Source: Eledone cirrhosa (Eukaryota). From it: a stretch of DNA of 64,000 nt. Location of the stretch: assembly GCA_964016885.1 (NCBI GenBank), contig OZ024743.1, positions 166,160,001 to 166,224,000 on the forward strand, in the 5' to 3' direction. The position numbers and the translations under genes were made by a program. Of this stretch, positions 36,693-49,050 are shown piece by piece (positions within the stretch are counted from its first letter, which is position 1; every line of letters starts with the position of its first letter). The notes under the pieces were generated by a model. It saw nothing but the letters and a program-made list of their open reading frames with translations, was not told where the DNA came from and did not search any database.

Positions 36693-38464
36693 TCTTTCAA
36701 TCTACTCTCTCACAACCACTACCTCTTTCTCTCTCTCTATTTATGAAGGTACCCGGAACAAGCCCATATCTCAGGATCCCATGCTCCGATTTATGCGAAA
36801 CTTATTTTATTCCATTTCAGGGGCAACTTCCTTTCAAAGTATTTTCCCATTATGCGCCATTTTGGCTGTATTAAATAACAGACGAGGACACAATCACAGT
36901 GTTTTAGTAGTCTATATATAGATATATTTACATATATACACAACAAGAGTAAAAGTCCATGTAAATGAAGTATTGCTAATAAAGTTTCAAGTTCAACGTA
37001 GTTGTACACTCAGTAAAGAAAATAGATCAATTCATCAGTTACAATCTGGAGGGAAGAAGGAATTAAACCATGAGTAAACAAATCTGATATGTTGTACATA
37101 TGCAAATGCACAGAGCACTTAAACAATAATAAATAGATAAGGAAGATGAAGAAATTTAAGTAATTTGTATTTGTCTTACACATGTTTCAACAGGAAAAAA
37201 TGGAAATGCTGAAAACTCAATCAAGCTCCAACACCAATATATAGATGTGTCTATATATTACAATCTGGGTATTGACTCGAGGAATTTACATTTGACCCTA
37301 ATTTTCACTCAATCCTGTATAACTTGATAACAATATAGGAATAGGCAATTTCAAGGAAATGCGTCCAAATATCATGATAATGTCATATCTGTAGGATAAT
37401 GTATATAACCAGACTGATATAATCAGATGCTAAATTTAAATCACAACATCATTATATTTACCTAAAATGCAAGATTTAGAGAAAGGAAAGGAAAAGGAGA
37501 ATGCATAGAGCTTATATGTTACAAAGACACTCACCTAGAGTATAAAATTAGTGAATTAAAATATAGCATATAATTAATGAATTAGAAATTACATAAGGTG
37601 TAATAGAATACTTTAATGAAGGATAGGGGTGAAAAGGTTCAACTGACAACTAATGATTTAATATTTGTAAACAATATACAGGATGACATCAGTCATTGCA
37701 GACATTGCCAATGCAAAGAAATGTTTTTTATAGACAAATTAATGTTTAACTAAAGTTATTATAGTTTGGTGATAATCTATTTGCAAGCAGGGAAAAGCGG
37801 ACATATGATGATGATGATGATGAGGGAAATTATACATATTTATGTTATTAAAACTTAGGAAAAATTACAATAAGATCAAATATTAATAGGTGTGAACTAG
37901 ATATATAGACTTTCGGGTCTCAAATAATTGTTATTAATTTTTTAGATTTTTTCCAACCCTTGCTTATTAAATTTTGCTAATCTATCTCTGGAAAAAATTT
38001 ATTGTAAGTGGTAGCATACCTGCAATAATTAATTTTCTTTAGTAGACATTAAAAAAACATTATACATGACAAAAGAAGAACATTACAAGAAATTTCATAC
38101 ATTTCAAAATAAATAGGATGAGTTGGGGTCTCAATATGTAAACTAAATGACGAATTCTGGTTTTTAAAAAAATTACCGATTCCCCTCACCACACCCTCAC
38201 CCATTATTTGGGACCCCAGAGTACTTAGAGATTTAGAATTAAAAGAGACTGTAAATTTAACAATATAAAGAAGCACACAATAGAATTAAGAATATTAAAA
38301 TTAATAAACTAAATTCATGATCATTTATGAGGATAAAACCACTATTATCTATAATCACATTTAGGATCTCAAGTTATTAGCATAATATTATATATAACAA
38401 ATATAAAAACGAAATAATAGATAAGATAAAAAAGTAATAAATATATAAAAGAAAAAGATAAAAA

Positions 38465-39746
38465 GTCTCCTTGTTGTGCCTCCCCAGTGAAGTCTATGCT
38501 AAGTGTCTGGCAAAGAGATGTAGGGAGATTGTGAAGTCCAAGCTAGCTGATGAAGCACAGCACAGCCGACCAAATAGTCACACTGTGACAGGTATTCGAG
38601 AAATCGTGGGAGTATTGATAAGATGCATATTATTGTTTTGTCGACCTTGAGAAGGCATACGACCACGTTCTTCAGGACCTGCTGTGGAAGGCTGTGCAGG
38701 AGTACGGGATTGATGGTCAGCTTCTTGCTGCCCTGATGTCTTTATACGAATGCCTGAGTACTTGTGTTCAGATAAATGGTGCTAAATCAAAACCATTCAA
38801 TGTGGAAGTCAGACTCTATCAACGGTGCATACTGTCACCTCTCCTGTTCCTTATTTACATGAACAGGATTGACATGTGCAGCTAAGTTAGAAGAGGTATC
38901 ATGACTGGCAGGTGTAAGATCAGTCGGCTGGAATTTGCAGATGACATGGTATTACTTAACTTGACAGAAGATGATCTTCAACTTGCACTTGATAGGTTTG
39001 ATGACAAGTGCTGCATGGCGGGAATGAAAATAAGTGCTGCAAAAACTGAGAGAGACATTCATCCTCTCAAGGAAGCCTGCACAGTGCACGCTATATGTTA
39101 ATGGAGTTCCACTGAAGCAGGTAAAGAAGTTCAAGTATTATGGGGCCATGTTCATGAGTGATGGAAGGCAGGAGGCTGAATGAAGTGCAAGAATTGCAAA
39201 AGCTGGTGCAGTAATGCGCCAGCTTCAGCATTCAGTAATCAGAAGAAGGGAAGTAGGTGTAAAAGCCAAACTCGTTATCTTCAATTCGGTTTTTGTGCCA
39301 ACCCTTATCTATAGTAATGAATCTTGGGTAATGACCGAAAGAATACAATTGCGGATACAAGCGGCCAAAATGGGATTCCTCTGAATGCTCTCTGGAGTAA
39401 TGTTACTCAATAAAGTGCTTAACTAGGACATCAGAGAGTCATTCCAGGTAGAGCCGCTACTTCTCCGAATTGAGAGATCAGAGATCCGATACTATGGGCA
39501 TATGGTTAGAATGTCTGAGGAAAGAATCGCTGGACTGGTTTTATGGGCAAAACCAACTTGCAGGAGACCCAGGGGCAGACCCCGAGCAAGATGGTTGGAT
39601 AACATCCATGAGCTTGGCTGGTCACAATTGAGGATCCAGCAGGATCAGTTGGAGACAGTTGCTTCTGATAGGATCCACTAAAAGGAGTGTTTGAGGACTC
39701 TGGTCCTCACGACCCTCTCAGGAATAAATGGACGAAGGAGGAGGAG
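38465..39746 (+). mobile_element. Second copy of the RTE/BovB-Expander-like family
   Basis: Colinear with 29385-30570; EFADD motif. Confidence 0.9.
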
Positions 39747-40091
39747 ATAAAAATAAATAAAAAAAAAAAAATAAGGAAATTTTCTTAAAGAATAAGATAT
39801 TAATCAAATTGCAAATATCTACTTATAAAGAGAATCCAAATAAAAATAAAAATAAGCAATTAAGGATATAGCAAATTTATGCTATGAGCAATTAAGTAAT
39901 TTATAAAAATACCATAGCCTTCAATATATTATTACATTAAAATAGTAAAACAAAGGATGTAAAAATTTATGTCAAATTTGAAACAACATGGAAGGTGTGG
40001 CATTTTCATAGAGTTTAGTTTTAGACTATATCACCTTTGTAAGGCTTGGTTGACTGTGTGAATAATTGACCAATGAAACCTATATTGAATA

Positions 40092-40665
40092 CTAGACCAC
40101 CTGTTGGGTCACGTTCACTTCAAAATATTCATGTTCACTTAAAAATGATTTTTGAATAATTAAAATATACACAGGCATGCATATTATGTGAAATTAAACT
40201 GGAAGGCCCATATATATACGTGTGTGTGTATATATATAAATGTGTGTGTATCATCATCGTTTAATATGTATATACATGAGGTTGGTATTAGGAAGGGCAT
40301 CCAGCTGTAGAAATCAAGCCAGAATCAGTTCCCATCCCACCCTTGCAAGCAGGGAAAAGCGGACGTAAAGTGAAATGAAATGAATGAAATGATACATATA
40401 TATATATGTGTGGGTGTCTGATATATATACATTGGTCATAGACATACACACACATATATATATACACAACACCATCAGCTCTCTCTCTCTCACCCTCTTC
40501 CATTCTCTTTCTCCTCTCCCTCTCTCTCTGTTTCTGAAGGTACCCGAAAAAACCCTATATCTCGGGAATCCATGCTTGGATGTACTCGAAACTTGTTTTA
40601 TTCCTTTTGAATCCCTATTTCAGAGTCAACTTCCTTTCAAAGTGTTTTCCCATTATGCGTCCTTT
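40092..40665 (-). mobile_element. Non-autonomous Helitron (same family as 32645-36922) containing microsatellites and a SINE-tail insert
   Basis: actagaccac...gggtcacgttcactt terminus and the shared gaaggtaccc...cttcctttcaaagt block. Confidence 0.7.
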
Positions 40666-40711
40666 TGGAAGATGGACGTTAAATGATTACGATGATGATA
40701 TATATATACTA

Positions 40712-40825
40712 CTAGACCACCCATGACCCGCTGGGTCACGTTCTCTTCAAAATATTTTTTTAAATTGGCTGTATTACATTACAGACAAGCAAGCAAGCAA
40801 TCGCAGAGTTTTAGTAATATATAGA
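40712..40825 (-). mobile_element. 114 bp minimal Helitron
   Basis: 5' TCTATATATTAC...; 3' hairpin gtgaccc-agc-gggtcat then GGTCTAG|T; sits at an A|T site. Confidence 0.75.
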
Positions 40826-40857
40826 TTAAAAGTATGTAATCCCATATATATATATAT

Positions 40858-41730
40858 CATCATCATCATCATCTTCACCGTTATATTTTTCCATGCTTGC
40901 ATGGGTTAGACGGGTCGACCACGTTATGACATAAGTCTGGTCAGTTGGCCACGCTATGCTTTGCTCATAGCATGATTGTGTTTTGGCTGGGCTTTTACGA
41001 CTGCTGGATGCCCTTCCAAATCCTCAACCACATATACATCACCTACGTTTAGAGTGTGGAACTGTGTGGTACTGTTATGGAATTGATCTGGCCAGTTGTT
41101 TGTGCCTTGCCTTGCTCATAGCGAGGCCATGTTTTGGCTGGATTTTACGACTGCTGAATGCCCTTTCTAAACCTCAACCATGTTTACAGTTATGAGGCAA
41201 GATCAACCAGTTTGCTGCGTTGTACCTTGCTCATAATGAAACCGCATTTTGGCTGCGTTTTTTTACAGCTAGATGCCCTTCCTAAGCACAAACCATGCTC
41301 ATGGTGTCGACTGAACTGGGTTGTCAGCTCGGGTCTTCTGTTCCATCTCCAGGTCAGCCTTAACCATTTAATCCCAGATCTTCCTAGGTCATCCTCTTCC
41401 GAGGCACCCTACAACTTTGAGCACCCTGCACTTTTTTATACAGCTGTCATCCTTCATGCACGTTACATCTCCATACCATCATAGTCATCTCTCTTGCACA
41501 CAGTATTTGATCCCTCTTATGCCCAGTTTCATTCTCAGTTCATTTACACTTTGCCATTCATGCATACTACTATTACACATCCATCAAAGAATGCAAGCTT
41601 CTGGCAACTGTACTTTCTACGCATCCACCACCACTTCTGATTTGGTTTCCCAGGTAGCAGAAACTGTCAACAAGTTCTTTTGTGTATTTAAAAGAACTTG
41701 TTTCCTTGGGGTTTTGCTTACTGTCCCTTT
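40858..41730 (-). mobile_element. RTE 3' fragment with a triplicated 3' UTR domain
   Basis: (CAT)n at 40858; three copies of tttggctg..ttttac..ctg.atgcccttcc; RT C-terminal remnant at about 41330-41730. Confidence 0.8.
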
Positions 41731-42246
41731 TTTTTTTCTAATGAGCTGTTTTACTTAACGATACAAAATAGGAATTGAATTCTCCAATAAATCTAGTTGG
41801 ACTAGCTTTTCTAGATCTTGTTTATTTGTAAGATAGCGAAACACGTCAATTGCATAATAAGTGTTGATTTTCTAACTGCGATATTGTCATATTCATGTTA
41901 CTTATATAAACACTCCTGGAAATACTTTCATTGTACCCATGATTGACCACCACGGAAACACTCGATAAACCTTTCACCTGTCGACTTAAAAACCATTGCA
42001 TGTTGATATAATCTTTGATTTCTCCTAACAAAATCTTATCACTATTATGCTCTCTCTCTCTCTATATATATAGAGAGAGAGAGAGGGTAACAATATATTG
42101 TTAAAGGTAATCCGATAAGAGTTTGCAAAAACTACTTATGATGGATAGTTTAAGCGTATGGTGCTGTGTGACTCAAATAAGAGGTTTACGTGGGTGACGA
42201 GTAAATGACTTCACTTGTTTTCCTATGTAAGGATATCTTGGAGTAA

Positions 42247-45200
42247 TAAAAAAGTGAAGAATAACATGGTCAACATTATAAACAAGGAGATTTATTTACA
42301 GTCTGACAATTGTTTCTATGATAGAGTAGTCTAAAAATTGCTAAACACTAAAGATAGTGAGACTCAGTGTAACATACATTGATACTCATCATTTCATCGG
42401 ACACGGAAAAGAATACAACATATATGTGTAACGGTAAATATATAGATTCAAATTACTACATCAATAATAGTATTGATGATAAATGTATAGAGAGAGAAAT
42501 AAAGGAAGGGGGACAGATGGAAAAGGGGGGGGGGGAGAAAAAAGAAAGAGGAAACGAAAATAAAGTTAAATGCATAACCGGCAAAATTACGAAATCAAAC
42601 TAACACATCAGAATAAATATAATATTAATAATAAAGATACGGATAGAAAGAAAAAAAAAAGAAGGGGGGGGGGGGGGGGTGGATGCAGTGAAGGTAGAGA
42701 AGAAAAAGAAGGATGAATAAGGAAGAAGAGAAAGAGATAGAGAAGGATTGAGAAGGAAATAGGGATACAGGCAGAGATAGGAAGGAGAGAAAGAGGAAGA
42801 TAAACAGATGGACGAATATATACAATACCAGACTGAAAGCAAATATAAAATAGAGATTTAAGCACAGAAACAAAAATATATAATAATAAATAATAAATAA
42901 ATAAATAAGTAAATAAATAAATAAATATATAAATAAATAAATAAACAAATAAATTAATAAATAAATAAATACACAGGTACAATGATGGATAAATAAATAA
43001 ACAGATAGATGAGTAAATAAACAATTTACATCTATTGTTATATAGAATGGTATAATATACGAAACGTAGAGACGAGAATAGATTAAAAAAATAAGTGTGT
43101 TGAAGAGAAAGAGTGGTATTAATGTTGTTAATGTTAATGCGAATAGTTATTGATGATTATTAAAAATGGATAAATGTAAAGTTGAAAATATTATAATGTT
43201 GGATATATTTATGCTTGTATTGGATGTTTTAATAAGTAAATTAGCTAGTTTAAGAGGTAAAATGATCGAGATGAAGCAGGTTTAAGTAGAGAAATGCAAG
43301 ACAAATGGAGATGCATGAAATAAATAACATAATAATGTAAATACAAAGGAACTGAAATTTTTCTTTGGTAATTATAAAGGTGACGATGGTGCTGATAGTT
43401 TGATATCGTAATAGATTCTAATGGTATAAAAGGGATATGGAAAAGAAAATGGAATTAAGTTGGTCTAAAGTTCTGGAATTTCGTTGCTGATTTATGCCGG
43501 CAAAAAATAGTTTGTTCAATTCTACTGTTAAGAAGGGTTTTACTGAAATTAAGAATTTGGAAAAGCTCCATATTACAAAGCCTGCAATGGGACATAGCAG
43601 TTTGATAAGCCTTTGCTTTTGACAGTATTGTCCAACTGATCTCGTATTCAATGCTTGCATTTTTGAGTTGCCAGATTTTGTTGGCGAGAGTTGTTGTATT
43701 TGATTGATTCCTATTAATCATCAAATGTCTGTGCACGTACCACCGCTTTTTTAAGACACCAGCTGTGGAACCAATGTAATGCCATACCAGGCTACCTGAG
43801 TACACAGGTATACTATGTTTTTCTCCAGGCATCTATTTAGTAGAGGGCATTTGTCAGTTAAGTGGCAGTTGCATAAAGATGCCTTCCTATGTGCAGGTTC
43901 TACTATATGATTTTGTAGATTGTTATGTATGAGCTGCGAATTAGGTTTGTTGATGTATTGTGGTGATGTGCTCGGGCGTGTGTTCGGTTGCGATGATATA
44001 ATATGCGTGTGTTCTGTATTAGGTGATATGGTACTTATTTGCGGGCTACTTGAATTATGTATTCTTTTGTAGTTAATTTTGTGAATCTGCGATTCTATGT
44101 TGTTGGCAGTGGAGTATGATAATTTGATAGTTTTTCTATTAGAGATTTTATGATATTTATGATTTTTAGGGAAGTGTTTGTCAACTAAAAAGAAAATGAA
44201 AGGAAGCTTAGTTTTAATAAGTAGTTTCTATTTCTGCATCTTCTATGGCTACTAGTGGTTTTTGTATTCTGTACATTTAAATTACGTATATGCTGCTAAT
44301 TTTTGCATTTGGTCCTAGGTTTGTTGTTTCTATGGTTGTTGGAAGTATTACTAACATTAAGTGTGTTGCTATTTTTTGTATCTGGTATGTATTTGAGTCG
44401 TTCTTTATGGCCTGCTTTAAGTAAAGCTATGTTGTAGTAGCTAGCATGTTTGTTAAAAATTTCCTGGTTGGAGGATAGGCGCGAGATTCTAAGGGATATA
44501 CTATGCGCTATGGAGTTAATTATGGATCTAGGATGGTTCAAGTTATAGTCAATGTAAGCTAAATTTTCATTATTCTTATGGAAGGGTTCTATTAGTCCTG
44601 AGCTAAGGTTAAACGATACATCCAAGAAGTTAATTCTTTTAGAGTTGGGTTCAAACGTGATGCTAAGGCCTAAATCGTTGAAGAATTTTTTAATCTTCTT
44701 CCTTAATCTTTCTAAGTTCTGACTATTTAAGTTTCTAGCTAAAAGCAGAGTATCGTCTCTATAGATACCGCCTTGTAGGTTACCAAATTCTCTATGTAAG
44801 AAATATGCTATATAAATTCCAACCAAGTCTGTGATCTGGGCTGAGTCGCTTGATCCCATAGTTATATCGAAGTTATTCTGTATATTTTTTCGCTCCCAGT
44901 AGCTGTTGTCAAATTTAAGGATTGTTCTTCTAGCGGCTAGTATTATTTTAATCTCATCTGCTGAGAGATCCGAATTTTTTTGTGCAAAGGATAGTGCCTT
45001 ATTAAGGGTGACTGGGAAGATAGAAGAGTAGTAGTCATTTATGTCAAATTGTATAAAGTCGGACGATTCTCTATTGTCTAATGTGTTGAACCAGTCTATT
45101 GCTTCATTTGTGTTACCCCACAGCTTGATTGTTAGTTGCTCCTTAATTTGTGGTAATATTCTATCTAGTATAAACTTACTAATTTTGCCTATATCTGATT

Positions 45201-45530
45201 TTGAAAGACAAATCAATCTAATGGTAGGATTGGTTTCGAAGTTTCTCCCCCCTTTCCATCTGTCCCCCTTCCTTTATTTCTCTCTCTATACATTTATCAT
45301 CAATACTATTATTGATGTAGTAATTTGAATCTATATATTTACAGTTACACATATATGTTATATTCTTTTCAGTGTTCGATGAAATGATGAGTATCAATGT
45401 ATGTTAAATTGAGTCTCACTATCTTTAGTGTTTAGCAATTTTTAGACTACTCTATCATAGAAACAATTGTCAGACTGTAAATAAATCTCCTTGTTTATAA
45501 TGTTGACCATGTTATTCTTCACTTTTTTTA
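42247..45530 (-). mobile_element. Penelope-like element (Naiad-like) with inverted pseudo-LTRs
   Basis: RT has FIQFDINDYYSSI, FDITMGS.D.A and GGIYRDD; linker CNCx5CPLx3C; GIY-YIG-type IVY..YIGST..KKRW.VH; then CRLC and CRH. Inverted repeat 42247-42540 / 45242-45530. Confidence 0.9.
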
Positions 45531-45562
45531 TATATATATAGATAGATAGATAGATAGATATA

Positions 45563-45871
45563 ACAAATTTAAATTTTGAAGACTAATACAATGTGTATGA
45601 AGAATGTTAAATTGCCAAGATAACAAAAGAATCTTACCTTAGCAAATATTGTTTAAAAACCCATTATCAAGGGAGTAACCCTATGAGAGAAAAATCAATC
45701 GGATAGACTTGTTTGTATGGGAGCAGATTTTTTTTTTTTTTTCACTGAAATCTGCTCCCATGCAAAAAGTTTTTAAACCCAAAAATATTTGGGATCATAA
45801 AATTCTTTTGTTATCTTGGCAATTTAACATTCTTCATACGCATTGTGTTAGTCTTCAAAATTTAAATTTGT
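45563..45871. mobile_element. ~310 bp non-coding element with ~70 bp terminal inverted repeats
   Basis: acaaatttaaattttgaagactaa...gccaagataacaaaagaat and its reverse complement at 45802-45871. Confidence 0.7.
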
Positions 45872-45910
45872 GTTTCCTATTAAACAATGCTTCAAGCAAG
45901 CTACAAAACT

Positions 45911-45943
<33 letters not shown>

Positions 45944-46000
45944 ATATACATATTTCATTTTTTTTTTCATTTTATCCGCTTTTTCCCTGCTTGCAAGGGT

Positions 46001-46051
<51 letters not shown>

Positions 46052-46803
46052 AGAGGGGAATATCCATCGTCAGTTGTCTACTAGGAATCATAGGTATTTC
46101 TTCGCGTTAGAGACAAGATACCTCAGCCTAGGGCGAACGATAACTAAAATAAGTTATTGGGATAAAAAAAATGGGGGGGGGGGGGGGAGAAAAACGTAAT
46201 GAGAGGAAAAGTAGGAAAAATATCAAGTCAACAACTCATTTCGAACGTAAGAACTGGCGAGTTTGACGAGAGAAAAAAGACACGTCTTCACTGTAGCCGT
46301 GTTAACAAGAGAAGAGACTGCTTACAGTGGCGGACGAGGGAGGAAGTGAGCTAGCGAAGAGAGGATGACTAGAAGAGAGGGAGTGAGTGAAAGTAAGAGG
46401 AAGCGAGAAAGAGATAGTTATAGTGGCAGGTTAGCTGAAAGAAGGTGACTAGCAGAGGGGGTGAGCGAAAGTAAGAGGGAGAAGGAGAGGATAGCAACAA
46501 GGGGAGAGAAAAGAGACAGATCACAGCGGAGAAGGAAGCTTATATGAATAAAATGGTGAGCTGTGTGATTGCAATAAAGTATAATGAAAAATAAAAGTTA
46601 CGGGCGAAAGAGGGGAATATCCATTGTCAGTTGTCTGCTAGGAATCATAGGTATTTCTTCGCGTTAGAGACAAGGGCGAACAATAAGTAAAATAAGTTAT
46701 TGGGATAAAAGGGGGGGGGGGGGGCCTGTAAACAGACACGAAGAGTGAAGCAACGTAAAGAGATGAAAATATGAAGTCAACAACTCATTTCGAACGTAAG
46801 AAA
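46052..46803. repeat. Pair of ~190 bp direct repeats flanking a GA-rich spacer
   Basis: agaggggaatatccat.gtcagttgtct.ctaggaatcatagg...aacaactcatttcgaacgtaagaa at 46052-46253 and 46609-46802. Confidence 0.85.
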
Positions 46804-46807
46804 TACA

Positions 46808-47413
46808 TCTATATATATAAAGTTGTATTCCTGTCTGTTTGTTTATTTGTTCACAAACTCCTCCTATGGTTTTGGAGATAGACCCCCATAACCATATATA
46901 TTCTGAAACTACATTGCCCAGGGTACTTGGATAAGTATATTTCATTTTAATCAAAGGGTTCCCCGGGGACAGAAACCCCTGCTGAAATATTTTCCCTTTG
47001 ATTTATATGAAATTTAAACCATAGGTAAATGACAAGACATGATGATTATTCACAAAATTTCAATAATATTAAGACACCCTAATGGGGATTAAACACCCTA
47101 TAGTGAAAATTTTGGCCAATAAATGGAATAAGATTTCACAAACTCCTCCTATGGTTGTGGAGATAAGTATATTTCATTTTAATCAAGAGGTTCCCCACTG
47201 AAAACCCCCGCTGAAAATCTTTTCCCTTCAATTTATATGTAATTTAAACCATAGGTAAATGACAAGATATGATGCCTATTCAACATTTTACATTGAGTAA
47301 TATTGAAATGCAGAGTTTTTCTCCATAAATTATATCACTGATTTAAAATCAAGCATCATTTTCTTACAAAAAAAAATGTGTGAAACGCAGTAAGGTGCAG
47401 GTAATTCAGCTAG
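46808..47413 (+). mobile_element. Non-autonomous Helitron with an internal tandem duplication
   Basis: A|TCTATATATATAAAG start and ...ggtaattcagCTAG|T end; about 46850-47060 is repeated at about 47135-47290. Confidence 0.8.
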
Positions 47414-47882
47414 TATATAAATAAATCTATAGAGAAACAAATGCATATATAGACATATATATATCATCAGCAGCATCCTTTTACATTCTAGTTACATGAA
47501 CTGTCACGGTCTGAGATTAGACTGGTCAAGTGGACCACATTTTGTTCATAAGTTCCAATTTTTCCATGGGTCTATGGTTGGATACTCTTCCTTGTGGTGT
47601 GTGTCTGTAAGTACAGATATGTGATTGATTTACAAAATAAAATTTTGAATAATTTACCCTTAACATCCTGGAATCATTTAGCAGAAAATAAGTTTCATTT
47701 ACTCAAATGTTTCTGGTATACTTAAAAGTGAATGGATATTTGTAAAAATTTGCAATAAATTCAAAACTTAAGTGTTTAATGTAATGCAACTATAAGTTGT
47801 TTTGTACTTTTCAGAATATTTTGTTAATGCAGTTTCATGAGTTACAGGATATTTAATATTAAAAAAGAAAAGAAGAACTTAC

Positions 47883-47975
47883 AATTTTTCAACATCAGAC
47901 CTTAGAAACATCAAAATTGGCATTTCTCTTCCATAAGGACTTCTGCGGGTATATTTTGGTAATTTTGTGAGGTCA
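47883..47975 (-). CDS. SLC30A9: ZnT9 coding exon, most 5' one found (DLTKLPKYTRRSPYGREMPILMFLRSDVEK)
   Basis: ttcag| acceptor and |gtaagt donor; 93 nt. Translation resembles the ZnT9 motif SDLxxLxKxxRRSP...LRSDVE as I recall it from human ZnT9. Confidence 0.9.
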
Positions 47976-48719
47976 CTGAATAAAATAAAATGTTTTTGAA
48001 GAAATTTTAAACCAAATTCTGTTTGATTATAAAACCAAATTGTAAAATAAAACTGAGGAAAACATGATCTGTTGAATGTGTAATGTTAACATGCATGAAA
48101 GATGGAGAGCAAGTAAGCTGAGAGATTGCGCGACCATTAATTCTTTCATTATCATCTATAATATAATGATTGGAGAACTGCGAGACTTTGTCAGATTTAT
48201 AAATCATGAATGAATATTATGTAATTCATCTACTAAATTTTTTAGCTCTTGATTAAACATAAATAATCTTATATATAATGTATTGCTTATTTCAAGATTC
48301 GCTTCAGTTAAAAATTTCAAATGTCAACTTCCATTATTGTTGATACCATAACATTTCACCATAATGCCATTAAATGTGTGTGTGAATGTGTGTGTACACA
48401 CACATACACAGCATTATAGCAGTGTTCGATAAATTGGTAAAAAGCTGAAGTATAACTTTTATTATTTATTCTTTACACTCATTTTAACTCTCCCCATTCT
48501 TAACATTACTTCTCTTTCTCTCTCTTTCATGAGTTAGAGACACCACCACCACCACTTCAACTACCATATATATAGACAGAGCGAGAAAGAGAGAGTCAAC
48601 TGATCACCATCCAAGAGATCAGAGACAATAACAAAATCAATTATTGATCTCTGTCCCTGATTTCTTTATACCATGTATAATTATGGATGTCTCTGTGCTG
48701 GAACAAGGTGTTCATAATA

Positions 48720-49050
48720 GAGAGTCCATTGCTAGAACAGAAGTCTAAGGCATATCCATTCATATCTAGATAGGGGTCGCCATTCCCCCCCAATTACTCC
48801 TTTCCATATCAGGTGGTCTTAACTACATCTAACATTGCAGTGACTTCATCAAAGAAGGATCTGTTGAGGAAACCCTAACTATATGTAGCCGGTAGCATCT
48901 AGCCTCCTTCACTAGTTTCTGCTCCTTATCTGTAAGGGTTGTGATGTTCCAGGTTCCAATTGTCAAGATTTGCTCCCTTCTCTTTGGGGACATAAGATGC
49001 GTAATCTTTGTGCGTCCATCCCACGCCTCCTAGACAGGTCACAGGCCCAG
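48720..49050 (-). mobile_element. 5' fragment of an RTE/BovB-like LINE (endonuclease start)
   Basis: Minus-strand translation LTIGTWNITTLTDKEQKLVKEARCYRLHIV. Confidence 0.7.

Larger units (their letters stand above)
32645..36922 (-). mobile_element. Non-autonomous Helitron split by nested Penelope and RTE insertions
   Basis: 3' CTAG at 32645 with a subterminal hairpin; 5' TC at 36922. The arms (32645-32780 and about 36700-36922) match the less-interrupted copy at 40092-40665. Confidence 0.72.

Noticed and set aside
42048-42086. (TC)n-(TA)n-(GA)n palindrome
   Set aside because: Compound microsatellite; self-complementarity is trivial.
42600-43024. Long hydrophobic ORFs (FIYLFIY..., also the YIYIYI ORFs near 45900, 53800 and 60050)
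   Set aside because: These are translations of (TAAA)n and (TA)n microsatellites.
42247-43460. SECIS element or selenocysteine recoding in the Naiad-like element
   Set aside because: Conserved Cys positions use TGC/TGT and no clear SECIS fold was visible by eye.
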